This document shows, in pieces, positions 34,343 through 51,000 of a DNA stretch of 64,000 nucleotides. Source of the DNA: the human T2T-CHM13v2.0 reference genome, Homo sapiens; NCBI RefSeq assembly GCF_009914755.1, contig NC_060925.1. One strand, written 5' to 3'. A program made the position numbers and the translations under genes. The notes below the pieces were generated by a model. It did not search any database, was not told the DNA's origin, and saw only the letters and a program-made list of their open reading frames with translations. Every line of letters starts with the position of its first letter. Position 1 is the stretch's first letter.

Positions 34343-34731
34343 CTGGGGAGATCACAGGTAGGTGAAGTCTCTCTTGTCTATGGCAGAGGATGCCCCACCC
34401 CAGTACCCCAGACAAGGAGCACCAGGACCACTCACCCTTGTGTGGAAGACAAGAGGCCCACCCCCTGCCAATGAGTGGCAGCTGTCAGCAGAGCTAGCGG
34501 AGCTCTGTGCAGCCCAGTGAGTCAGCAGGCTGGGCTGGAATCCCAGCTCCTGCATTCACTAGAAGCCAGGTGACCCTGGGCACATCACTATCCCACCTTG
34601 TGCCTCACTTTGCTTCTATGTGAAGTGGGGAGATGGTTTATCTCCCTTCATAGGGTAGGTATAAGAATGAAATGTGTTTGAACTATGATATATGTAAAGG
34701 GCTATTTTCTCTAATGCTGAAATAATTCTGG

Positions 34732-35438
<707 letters not shown>

Positions 35439-36210
35439 GCAAGTGACTTTTTCAAAACACAAATCTTCTCCCATTCCTGCCTAAAACCCTTCATGAGCTC
35501 CCGGATCGTACATCAGTTCCCCTAGATCACTACCACTTGCCCTTGAGATTCCAGTCCAATCGCCTCTTCCACGGGGAAGCCTTCCCGGCTCCTCTGACAA
35601 AACAAATGCACCCTCCACTTTTCCCCATAAGTTCTTATCACAGTCTGCAATTATTCGCTATTTATGCATCCTGTTTGACGTGTGCCTCTCCTACAGTCTG
35701 CTTTGCCAAGCACTGTATTCCCAAAGCCTGGTGATGTGATGTACAGTAAGTGCTCATTAAACACCATGTGGGAATGGAGGGGTGGAGACAGCTTCCCGGG
35801 GCAGCCTGCAGGTTCTGAGCATCAACCTCAGGCCTCTACCTGCCTGCTCCAAAGCTCATCCTTACCTGCAGGGTACCACGTCCGCACAAGGACAATACTA
35901 CAGCTGCCCCCCTCCCTCTGGGGGGACCCTGTCTCAGCTCTGCAACAACTTGGGGATCAACTGCCTCTAATTATGGATAAGGTGATAGTCAGCCCCAAGA
36001 GAGGAGATGGGCACAGGACAGCGAGAAGCACAGGCTTGATGTCAGCCTGGGTTCCAAACCCAGCTCGATGGCTTCCACGGGTGTGACCCACAGCAAGGCA
36101 CCATGCCCTTCTGACCCTTGGTTTCCACATTTGTAAGGATGGAATAATAACATCTGACTCAGGTGTGGTGGGGATCACATGAGATGCTGCATAAAAGGTG
36201 TTGTATACTT

Positions 36211-36612
<402 letters not shown>

Positions 36613-37006
36613 TTATAAGCCTCAGTTTCCTCATCTGGAAAAGGGGAGTGCGAATGACAGCCACTTCCCTGGACTGAAGTGAGGAGCTAAATGAGCCAGT
36701 GCATAGGAAGGGCTTGGTGGTTGGCTACAAAGTTTTTATCTTTATTGTACATAATCAAGATTAATAAAGGCGTGGTCCAAAGAAAGTCCGGTCATTCCTA
36801 TCACATGGAAAAAGCAATCAGGTGATGATAAGGCTTCTTTTCCTGGCTCTCGAGGAGGTAGGAATATGTGATATTTTTTCCTTCTGAAACTTTCTCTAGC
36901 TTGGTTGTATTTCTTTTACCCAGCCCTTTCCCTGAGTGTCCCACACTAGACAGCTGGAGATCAGTGAAGACTTTCCTCATCCCCAAATGAACTTGACCTT
37001 TAACCC

Positions 37007-37063
37007 GGGGCAAACTGAACAAATAGGGGCAAACTGAACAAGTGGGGGCAAAATGAAGAAAGG
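37007..37063. repeat. 19-bp tandem repeat x3
   Basis: ggggcaaactgaacaaata / ggggcaaactgaacaagtg / ggggcaaaatgaagaaagg. Confidence 0.9.
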
Positions 37064-38377
37064 AGTTTGCTTTCCATGCCGGCCAGACTTGCAAATTCCT
37101 TTACCTGGGCTCTTGTTCTTGCTCCTTCCTGTAGCACGGTAAAATGAAAACAAATGAAAAACCCTGGGCATTGGATCAGGAGACCTGGGTTTGAATTGTG
37201 CATCTGCTACTCCCCTGCCAGGGTTCCTCTTCCAACAGATCAGGGTCAGAACAGCCCCACCTTGGAGGGTGGAAGTGAAGTTTCTAGGAGGTAACCATAC
37301 CAAGTTCCTACTATGCTGGTAAAATGCCAGACTCAAGGTAGGTGTGAACGAGGCGCTCACTGAACGCTAGTGACCTCTGTGCATGGGTGGTGCCCGGCGG
37401 TCACACACCAATAAGACCCTGGCGCCTGGTGACACCTCTAAATGTTTCTCACTGGCTTTCTTCTGTGTGGTTTGGCAGATCTGTGACTTCTGCCCTTAGG
37501 TCAGAGACTTGGGAACCCAGGAGGCTCTGGGCAGGCGTGCCTGAGTGGTCAGGTTGGGACGTTTAGGATTCCCGCACCCACCCTGCTCTTTTTCTAAGGG
37601 ATGCACTGTTTGTTGTTTGTTGAGCCTCTCGCTGGGCACTTGCAGGGGTCAAGTAACAAGTGGACCATGGTGTGAGTCCTCAATGCCACCCTGGCTAGAA
37701 TCCCCCAAAATATGCATGTTCAAATGAGAACAGCAAAGGGAACTAATGTTTGCTTCATGCCAACGAGAAACCACGTGATGTTCCTCACTTAATCTTTGCA
37801 GCATCCTGAAAAGGTGGCAGTAATTTGTTCCACTTTACAAATGAAGTAGCTGAGATACAGAGAAGTTATGTAACTTGCTGAGGTCATGTAGCCAACACAT
37901 ACTGATCTCTCACTCACATGCTGAAAGTCCTTTGCTCTCTTCCACTTGCTCTGAGGACAAATTCAAACTTCTTGCCACAGCTCACATGCCCCTGTGTGGT
38001 CTGGCTCCACCCACATTCCTGCCTTCTGCCTCCCTGCTGCAGCCATCCTGTGCTCTTTTGGTTCTTTCAAACCGCTGGGCCTTTGCACCTGCTGTCCCTT
38101 TGCTTGGAATACACTTTCTGCTCCTGGTTTATCGGGCTAACTCCCAGCTAGCCCTTAGCCTAATGTCACTTCCTTCAGAACCTTCCCCAGAAACACCCTG
38201 TGCTTCCCCTATTGTGCCATCCATAAAGCTCCCATTTAGTTACTCGGTCTGTCTTCTATCTTGGGCTGTATGTTCTGTGGGAGTAGAGGCCATGGCTGTG
38301 CTGCTCACCACTGAATTCCTAAGACCTGGTTCAGTATATGACACATGGTAAGTACAGCACTTTATAAATACCGCTAC

Positions 38378-38775
38378 ATGGACAGAGAGGTGGATGGGTG
38401 GATGGATGAACAGATGGGTGGGCAGATGGGTGGGTGAATGGACAGACAGGTGGGTGGGTGGATGGGTGGATAGGTAGAAGGGTGGATGGATGAATGGATG
38501 GGTGGGTGCATGGATAGATAGGTAGAAGTGTGGATGGATGCATGGGTTCATGGGTGGGTAGACAGGTGAGTGGGTGGACAGGTAGACAGGTAGAAGAGTA
38601 GATGGATGGATGGATAGATAGAAGGGTGGTTAAGTGGGTGGGTAGATGGATGAACAGGTGGGTGGATGGATGGGTAAACAGGTAAAAGGGTGGGTGGGTG
38701 GGTAGGTGGATGGGTGGATGGACAGGTGGGTAGGTGGATAGATGGATGGCGAGATGATGGGCAGGTGGACAGATG
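38378..38775. repeat. Degenerate (GGAT/GGGT/GGTA)n tetranucleotide repeat
   Basis: ~400 bp of ggatgggtggatggataggtag; produces the H/P-rich pseudo-ORFs. Confidence 0.95.
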
Positions 38776-38933
38776 TGAGATGAAGTTGCCTCACCTCTCT
38801 GAGCCTCAGTTTCTTCCTCTGCGAAATGGGGCTCCCTATACCTGCTCCCTAGTGCAGGTAAAAACCTAGCCCAGGGTCTGGCCCAGGCCACCACTGCCCA
38901 CCCCCCTCCACTTCTGGTCCTCCTGGTCCTCAC

Positions 38934-39053
38934 GGTATTTGCCAGAAGCGAGCCACCCCGTGACGGCGATGGTGATGTGCAGCTGCCTGCCCTCCGTCAG
39001 AGGCAGAAACGTGAACTCTTCAATGGCTCCCACTCGCTTCTTCATCTTGTATC
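38934..39053 (-). CDS. TMCO4: TMCO4 exon (120 nt): YKMKKRVGAIEEFTFLPLTEGRQLHITIAVTGWLASGKY-R
   Basis: Acceptor ggtctttAG, donor C|GTgagg; phase 1-1. Lies inside ORF 38866..39108. Confidence 0.96.
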
Positions 39054-39857
39054 CTAAAGACCCAGATCCGAGAAAGAGAATGGAGGTGACTGGGGCCCCG
39101 GGGAACATCAGGGTGGCTGTATGTTCTCACACATGCACACAGTGAGCACCATCTGTGTGCCCTGCCCCTGGAAAAACACATTTTGTGTTTGAACTCATTA
39201 AGGTAGGTGCCACTATTGTCCCTGATTACAGACGAAAGCAAGAAGCTGCTTCTGAGGCTGGCCAGCCCCCGAGCGGTAGAGCTGGTTTGGACCTCAGAGC
39301 CCAGGCTCTCACCCATTGCTCTGCCCTGGTTCTGTTTCTTTTCTCCTGCCCACACACCGCAGGGGTAGAACACACTCCACTTAGTAACAGTGAATCAAAC
39401 AGACCAAGAGTCTCATCAGGGGAGCAAACTTCTCTTGGGGAGTTGAACAGGAATGTCTGTGCATGACGAGGTTGGAGGAGTGGGAGGGGGGCTGCTGCTG
39501 ACAGATATCATTTGGAAAAACTCCCCCAGGTGATGCTGCTCAGGGAAGGGCAGCCATGTTCCCTCCAAACATGAGGAAGCCCAAGCATGGAAACTTCTGG
39601 ATGGTGGAAGCAGGTTCCATTGGGGCCTTTCTCAGGAACTACACACAAGGTGCATGGGGAAAAAGCCAGCTTCTCAAACTCAGCCCTTACCCTGACCCAC
39701 GCGAGCTCTGGGAAGGCTGGGACCCAGAGTGAGAAAAGCCACGTCTCCTCTGTCTCCCAGGGAGTCACTGCTGGTGAGGATCCAGGCATGTCCTTTTAGG
39801 AACTGGGCCACCCTGGCTGAAAATTCCTCTGAACCCATCATTCCTTTTGAACCTTAC

Positions 39858-40001
39858 CTGTCAGGCCAGCTCCAGCTGCACCAAACAGCGAGGTCATGAT
39901 GGCTATGCCGGCTGCTGAGCCCAGAGCCGCTGCCCCGGCGCTGCCAATAATCGTCGCTGCTCCAGCGGCAACAAGGGGTGCAGCTAGACCTCCAGTCACA
40001 C
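39858..40001 (-). CDS. TMCO4: TMCO4 exon (144 nt): [48 protein letters not shown]
   Basis: Acceptor ttttcccacAG, donor G|GTaagg; phase 1-1. Encodes a hydrophobic Gly/Ala segment. Confidence 0.96.
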
Positions 40002-40044
40002 CTGTGGGAAAAGCAGCAGTTTCAGGTGGGAGTAAAAATGTGGT

Positions 40045-40375
<331 letters not shown>

Positions 40376-40564
40376 CTACCTACTGCCTCCCATGGAAGTT
40401 TCTGACAGTGCTGATGAGCACACCGACTACTCACTGACTACCTACCACATGCCAGGGGCCACCTCCCAGCTGAGCCCCTGCACTCTCCACTCTCACCCAC
40501 AGCCTGGCATCATTTCTCTGTCTACAAAACCCAGACGTGTGCCACCATCTCTAGCTGGACTCAC

Positions 40565-40662
40565 CGATCACCGTTCCGCCTCCGACAGTCGCCAGGCCTA
40601 TCAGGAGATAACGCTTCCATTTCCTCCGGTTTTCTTTCTTCTTTCGGGATGCCTCGGCCATT
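40565..40662 (-). CDS. TMCO4: TMCO4 exon (98 nt): MAEASRKKKENRRKWKRYLLIGLATVGGGTVI-G
   Basis: Acceptor ttttccctcAG, donor G|GTgagt. Peptide is visible in ORF 40551..40733. Confidence 0.96.
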
Positions 40663-41925
40663 CTGAGGGAAAAGAGGCTGGTCTTTAGGGCCAGCTGTGC
40701 CCAGGATCCCTTGAGACATCCCCACCACACCAACCCTCAAACAGGGGCCAATGCTGGGTAGCTACTCTGCCACTCAGAGTAAGGCACCAAAGTCACCTTG
40801 AGCCCACTGATGGTTTAAAAAGCTGAAAACATTCTAAAACCCAGCCGGGGAATCTCAGTGTATGGGATGTACTACTTACCCAATGGATCCATCCTAACAG
40901 GGTTGCAATTTGAATAATAAAAAGACAAAAAATAATAATAGCAAGAGAAGCACAAAAAAGATCTTTAAACAGATGGACCCAGAAGAAGCACAAAATAGAT
41001 AATCACAGACTCCATCACCTCCCTCCTCCCCTCCCTTCTTCCCCAACCTGCCATCTGATCCCACCTCCCTCTGGGATATTTGGAAACCAATTTCCTCCAA
41101 AATGATCATTTTGAAGATGGGAGACCTTGGCCTTGGAGCAGTAGCTAGACTTGTTCAGACTTGAAATGGAAATGCTAGAAAATCTAGCAAAAGGAAAACA
41201 TTTAGAGTGAATTGGGGTCAGGTGTGCCCTGAGAACTGCTGTTGTGAGCACTCAAGAGTCAGGAAGCCCAATTTTCCTATTGGACATTCAGCCCTGAGCC
41301 CCTTTGCTGCGGCTGGGATGGAGAGGTTATTAAGTAGGAACTCTGAACTGAGGTTGGAGTCTGAACAATAACTCAGTGTGGAGTGATAGCAAAGCATGGT
41401 GATAATCAAAGAAGAAAAATGGTTAATCTTTACCAAGGGCTTCTTATATCTCAGCCACTGGGCTTTGCACTTCACAGGATTAATCTTATCCTAAGAAGCA
41501 GTATGGTTATTGTACCCATATTATAGATGAATTAAGGGATAACAGTCACTACCTCCCCATGAACTGTGAGGATCCAGAAATAGATTATCTGTAAAGCATT
41601 TAGCATGGCGGCGGGCACACTGCAAGTGCTCAGCGCAACTGGGGCTGATGTCATCACGATGCTGCATCTCCCCAAGCCTCAGTTTCCTCTTTTGTCAAAA
41701 GGCGGACACTAATTTCTACCTCATAAAGTTGTTGGCTTGTAAGGATTAAATTCATTCGTTCTTCGTCCATTCAGTCAATAAAGTTATATTGAGAATGGAT
41801 GGCATGCTGTGCTTTCCCATCTCCTTGAGCAGAAAAATGTATGTGCTCAACCAGTACCTGTTTCCTTCCCATCTCCCTCCTTGTGAACCATACATTTTAT
41901 TGAGAAATAGCTTCTTCTCCAGTCA

Positions 41926-43075
<1,150 letters not shown>

Positions 43076-43679
43076 ACAACTGGTAGAATCTTTAAAGCCA
43101 GTGCAGGAAAGTGATTCATCTTCTTTCTCTATGCCCCAAAACCAGCGATAATCTAGATAGGGTCACTCTGTCAGCCTGGGACCCAGAACCAGTACAATGT
43201 GAATTCAAGCTACAGCCAATCTGCAATGGACACAAAGTATGAACAAGAAATACACCTTTAATCCTGTAAGCTGCTGAGACTTATTTGGGGGTCACTTGTT
43301 ATGGCAGCAAAACCTAGCCTATCCCCACAGTGGACAGAACCACTTAATACCTTTGTGACTATGCACAAATTATTTGTCACATCTGAGTTTCCTCAACCTA
43401 CAAATGGGGATAAAAACAGTACTGAATTTCCAGGGGTATTGTGAGGACTAAATGAGACAGAGACACTGAGACATAGTGACTACCATCCTGTAATTATTCA
43501 ATATGTTTATTGCTATTATCACTCTTTTCATTATTATTGTAATAATTTCCTCCTCAACACAGGCTGGAGATATACTTTGACCCTGAACTGCCTTGACCCT
43601 TAATTGATAACTCTTAAGTCAGTTCCAAGTGGAAGGCTGAAGATTACTGACTTTGGGCAGAGTTCAAGGCCGAAGAAAA

Positions 43680-44016
43680 CATTCAAGTCACTGACGATAT
43701 ACGACGGGAACGTGCAACTAGACAAGCGATGTGGCGCTGAGTCAGCGGCATCTTGATTCAACAAACACGGCCTGGAAATAGTCTGGAAATTTGGGGAAGA
43801 GGTGTTTGAGCTCAGCTCTGCCATGAACTTGCTGGATCATCTAATTTTTCTGAGTGTTGATTTTCTCGCTTAGGAAATGTAACTATCAAATGACCCATGG
43901 ACAGATGATGAGACGGCACCACCGCAGCAGCCAATGCCAAGTATTAATAGAAAAATATAACCATGACTACCTGCCTCTCTCTCCTCTTCCCTCCTTGCCT
44001 GCCTGGCTGCCTTCAG
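43680..44016 (+). repeat. Dispersed ~330-bp duplication, copy B
   Basis: Colinear with copy A at 34732-35058. Confidence 0.9.
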
Positions 44017-44725
44017 GACACTGTCATCTCTCCCCGATGTGACACTTACGCCCTCTGTGTCCTGATCCCTCTCTCCCCCTCTAACACTCATCACTTCCTC
44101 ACTGACACATCACCCTTGGGAAATACTGAGCTGTCTCCAGTCACCTTCTGGCCCCTGGCCATCAAGGACCTTCCCACCTTCCTGTGACTAGTTCAACATC
44201 ACTCAACCTTCAGGAGTCAGCCGAGATGGGACATATCCTCCAGGAAGACTGGCCAAAACCCCAAGGTTGCTGAGATGCCCTGACTCTGGGCCCCTTAACC
44301 CTCTGTGCCACATTATCCTGGAATTCTACACCAGTGATTTTCAGAGGGTGGGCACCAGAATCACCAGGAGGTACTTGTTAAAAACACAGCTTCCTGGGGC
44401 AGAATCTCTGGGTCTAAGGACAAAGATTCTGTATCGTTAACAAGTTCCTCCTCCAGGGATTCTGCTGTAACTCAAGTTTGAAAATTGCTGAGCTAAGCTC
44501 TCACAGCACGGACCAAGCCATTTCCAACTCCCCATCCTCAGCAGCTTGCCCTGGGCTTGGAAACTGGAGGGTACTCAGGAAATCTTTCTTGTAAAGAGCC
44601 TAATTATTCCAACAAGAATTGGAGGTGACCACCTTGCTGCGGTGATATACTCCCCTACTCACTGTCCACATCTCTGAAAACCAGAGAGGTACAGGATGGA
44701 CATGTTGGCTAAATAAAAATATATA

Positions 44726-46673
<1,948 letters not shown>

Positions 46674-48530
46674 TGAGCAGTATCAACCCCAGCAGCTCAT
46701 GAGCTCACATCTTCTGAGACTCTACTATGTGCCAAGCACGGGTCCCAGCTTTTGATATGTGTTAAGTAATTTAATCCTCTCAATGCTGATGGCGATACTA
46801 CCATTATCCTCATGTGAGAGATGAAGAAATGAGGCACAGAGAGGAGAGGTGAAGTCACTAAACAAGTGAGGGAAGCCGGGTGGCCTTAGGGCTCAGACAG
46901 GGACCCAGGAGCAGAGGGGTGGTACGTCACACTCTAGACCTCAGCTGCAAAGAGTCACCTTGGTCGGCCCAGTGATGAACTCACCTCCCAGAAACACAAA
47001 ACCTTACAGTCAAGAGAAATTTACGTATCATTCAATCCCTTAATTGTATAGGTAAAAAAAGAAAATGTGTGCTGGTGTCCAGGGAGGGAAAGACACGTGC
47101 CCAAGGCCACACAGAGGGTTAGTAGCAGAATCAAACTGAGAGCCAGGTCTCCTGGCTGAACAGTTGCTATGGCTTCCCTGGGTCTCAGATCCTTCCAGAG
47201 ACCACAGAATCTGAGAGTCCCTAACGTTGCATAAACAATTACATGTGTGAAGCCTTTTCCTGGGGAAAGAGTCTACATATAGACTACAATAGGGTCTATA
47301 ATAGTTTATAAAAGGGTCTATAATAACACAATTAGAACAGTATTGTTAACAACAGCAAATAATATTTATGGACTAGTTACTCTGTCCCAGGCTCACTTGA
47401 AACACTTCACATATATATGAACTCATCTGGGCCCCACAGGAACTCTGTGAGGAGGGCGCTACTATTATCCCCATTTTACAGGTGAGGAAGTTGAAGCTCA
47501 GAGAAGTTAAATAATGCCCAGATTCACATGGCTGGTAAGTGGCAGAACTGGCCTGTATTAGACCTTCTGGTTTATATCTTCCCTGACCTGGGGTTACCGG
47601 TATTATCAGAACAAATCGCTCCGGGTAATACGTTTCTCTCTGATAATAAGATTTCCAAATAATAACTGAGAGGTTCCTTAATTTCAAGGCATATAAGATC
47701 CTATAAATTCCCGACATATCCAAAGAACCTAGGATGCCCTCGTGATTATGGTAATTGGCATGGATCCAGGTATTTCTATACTGACACAACTCTGGGAGTC
47801 AAAGCTAGTATGTCTACAGGTTATTTCAACAAACCAAGTTTCCCCCTTTCTCAAGGAAATACCCCTTTTCTTTGCTCCACTAACCGTGGCATGAGGGTGG
47901 CTCTGGGTCTCAATTTGGCTTTAGGATTAAATTCCCAGGTGGGCTGACCTCGTGTAACCTGGCTGGTCAAAGAACACCACGGCAGCTAAAAAAAACCCAG
48001 ACCTGGGAGACGTGCCTGGTGCCAGGAGCCTGGGATTAGGCTGTGACTGAAATTGATTTATTGCTCTGGGATTAGATCCTGTGTAAAGCGTTCTGCAAAG
48101 AGCTGAGCACCGGCCAGGTTACCAGAATTATTTCCTTCTACACATTCTTGACCATATATAGACAGCAAAGCAACTCTACAACTGATGGGTCCGGGACACG
48201 TCGGGGAAGGGGAGGATTCACATCTACCAAGCACTTGCTGTGTGCCAGCCCTGGGCCGGGCATTTTATAATGCGCAGACATTCATTCTTCCTAATGATCC
48301 TGGGAGGGCACTATCCTTATTCCTGTTTCACAGATAAGAACATTGCAGCTTAAAAAAGCAAGGCCACCCGCCCAATGTCAAGCAGTGGACAGGTATCAGA
48401 AACGGGAATTGAATCCAGGTCAATTGTGCCCGTGAACCAGGTGTCATAAGAGCCTGAGGTGGAACAGGGTGTCAGGGCCCCAGGATGTTAAAGTCACAGA
48501 TTCAAGGCCCTTAGCAATCATTCATTCCAT

Positions 48531-48848
<318 letters not shown>

Positions 48849-49043
48849 TGAAGTCAGAGGCCCAGAGAGGGCAAGTAGCTTGCTAAGGCCACACAGTGAG
48901 TCAGGGCTACAGCTGGGACTCTGTCCAGGGCTCCTTCCACCTCACTACACCATCTCTTAAAGGGAGAAGGGGACTCTGTTATCTGCAAAGTACACTGAAG
49001 TGGAAATCCTTGGATCCTGATGGGGGTCGCGGGGCTCTCTTAC

Positions 49044-49176
49044 TCAGATTCCTCTTCTTTGATTTCCTTCAGGCTCTCCAGGAACATCTCTTCAAGGACA
49101 TCCAGCTCCTCCAAGGGCACTTGGAGCAGGGAGGTCATGTGGCAAACGAGGACTCTGGCCCGGGCGTCATAGTGCC
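49044..49176 (-). CDS. TMCO4: TMCO4 exon (133 nt): G-HYDARARVLVCHMTSLLQVPLEELDVLEEMFLESLKEIKEEES-E
   Basis: Acceptor ttctgtctttcgAG, donor GA|GTaaga; 2+129+2 nt. Contains the YDAR motif and an acidic coiled-coil segment. Confidence 0.95.
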
Positions 49177-49373
49177 CTCGAAAGACAGAAACAACACCGG
49201 AAAAGAATCAGTTTAGGTTTTAAGAACAGTGATGTTAGCAGTGTAACTGATAAAACCCACACTAGAAACAGCCTAAATGTACAACCCCATGGGAGCCAGT
49301 CAATGAAAAAAATGACACAGTTGCCTGGACAGAATACTATACAACTATTAAAATATTCAGCAAAAGCAAGGTG

Positions 49374-49672
49374 GGGCTGGGTACGGTGGCTCACTCCTGT
49401 AATCCCAGCACTTCGGGGGGCTGAGGCAGGCAGATCACTTGAGTCCAGGAGTTCAAGACCAGCCTGGGCAACACAGTGAGACCCCCTCACCTCTACAAAA
49501 AAATACAAAACTTAGCCAGGCATTGTGGTGCATGCCTGTGGTCCTAGCTACTCAGGGGGCTGATGTAGGAGGATCATGAGCCTAGGAGGTTGAGGCTGCA
49601 GTGAGCCGTGATCATGTCACTGCACTCTAGCCTGGGCGACAGAGTGAGACCCTGTCTCAAAAAAGAAAAAAG
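49374..49672 (+). mobile_element. AluJ inserted in an old L1M fragment
   Basis: Alu dimer; L1M-like flanks at ~49230-50060. Confidence 0.9.
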
Positions 49673-50429
49673 GAAGGTGGTATTTCTCACCAGTCAAATG
49701 CGCAAAGATCAGTTTTTAAAATTTCACAGCTGTGAAGGAGATGATAAAAATGGATGCCCAAAGACGTTGCTGGTGGAAGCATGCACTGGTATAAACTTTC
49801 TGGAGGGCAACTGGACAATAAGTATCAACAACTTAAAAAAAAATAATCCCCTTTGCCCCAGGAATTCCATTTCTGGAATTGTAATCTTAAGAAAACAACC
49901 GTAAATGCAGATGATATTTAGTAAATAAAGGCAGTATGCTGTATTTATAATATGAAATTGGAAACAACCTGGAGATTTCCAACATCAGGAAATTAGTTGA
50001 ATAACCCACACCCATCCAGCCGAAAACCAAGGGGCCATAAAAAGTGGTTCCTAAGAAAAGTATGTAATAACTTTCAAAAATAAGTTCTTACCCAGAAGAA
50101 TTTATGGCTAAGAGAATTTATGGCTAAGTGGTGGTGCGTGCCTATAATCCCAGCTACTTTGGAAGCTGATGGGGGAGGATCACTTGAGCGCAGGAGCTCG
50201 AGATCAGCCTGGGCAACATAGCAAGATCTCATCTCAGTAATTGAAAAAAAGGAATAAAAAAGACACAGTTCTGTTTGCATATTATAAATAAAGAAAAAAG
50301 GGAAAATAAATGCTTATATAATGAAACAAAATTTTTAATGCATAGAAGAGTGACTTGATAATACGTCATGGGGTCCCAACTAAGAAACAAAACAAAAAAC
50401 AAATACCACACAGGAAAAAAAAGTGAAGG

Positions 50430-50635
50430 AGGTCGGGCGCCTGTAATCCCAGCACTTTGGGACACTGAGGTGGGCAGATCACTTGAAGCCAGGAGTTCAA
50501 GACCAGCCTGGCCAACATGGTGAAACTCCATCTCTACTAAAAATACAAAAATTAGCCAGGCGTGGTGGGGGGGGGGGGGGCGCCTGTAATTTCCAGCAAC
50601 TTGGGAGGCTGAGGCATGAGCCACTGCACCTGGCT
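50430..50635. mobile_element. Chimeric Alu (+ left arm fused to a - Alu head) with a G14 run
   Basis: ...gggaggctgAGGCAtgagccactgcacctggct. Confidence 0.85.
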
Positions 50636-50639
50636 GACA

Positions 50640-51000
50640 ATTCAAATTTAGCATCTTACGGTTCTGAAGGCCGGATATTCTAAAATCACAGTGTTAGCAA
50701 GGAGAGAATCTGTTTTCTTGCTTTTCCCAGCCTGCTTTCCTTGGCTTGTGGCCCCTCCCTCCAGTCACTCCAGCCTCTGCTCCCATGGTCACATGTCCTG
50801 CTCTGACTTAGATCCTCATGTCTCCCTTTTATGAAGACCTTGTGATTGCATTAGGCTATCTGGAAAGCCCAGGATAGCTTCCCCATCCCAAGATTCTTAA
50901 TGTAATCACACCTGCAAAGTCCCTTTTGCCATGTAGGGTAACATATTCACAGTTGCCAGGGATTAGGATGTGAACATCTTTGGGGGCCATTATTCCATCA
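50640..51000 (-). mobile_element. MLT1B/C LTR fragment
   Basis: aagattcttaatgtaatcacacctgcaaagtcccttttgccatgtagggtaacatattcacag...gggattaggatgtg. Confidence 0.8.

Noticed and set aside
37007-37063. Short direct repeats as a CRISPR-like array
   Set aside because: No spacers, eukaryotic context; an ordinary minisatellite.
38331-38933. 200-aa His/Pro-rich ORF
   Set aside because: Translation of the tetranucleotide repeat.
50097-50128. 16-bp perfect tandem duplication agaatttatggctaag x2
   Set aside because: Ordinary slippage or insertion-junction duplication at a FLAM head.
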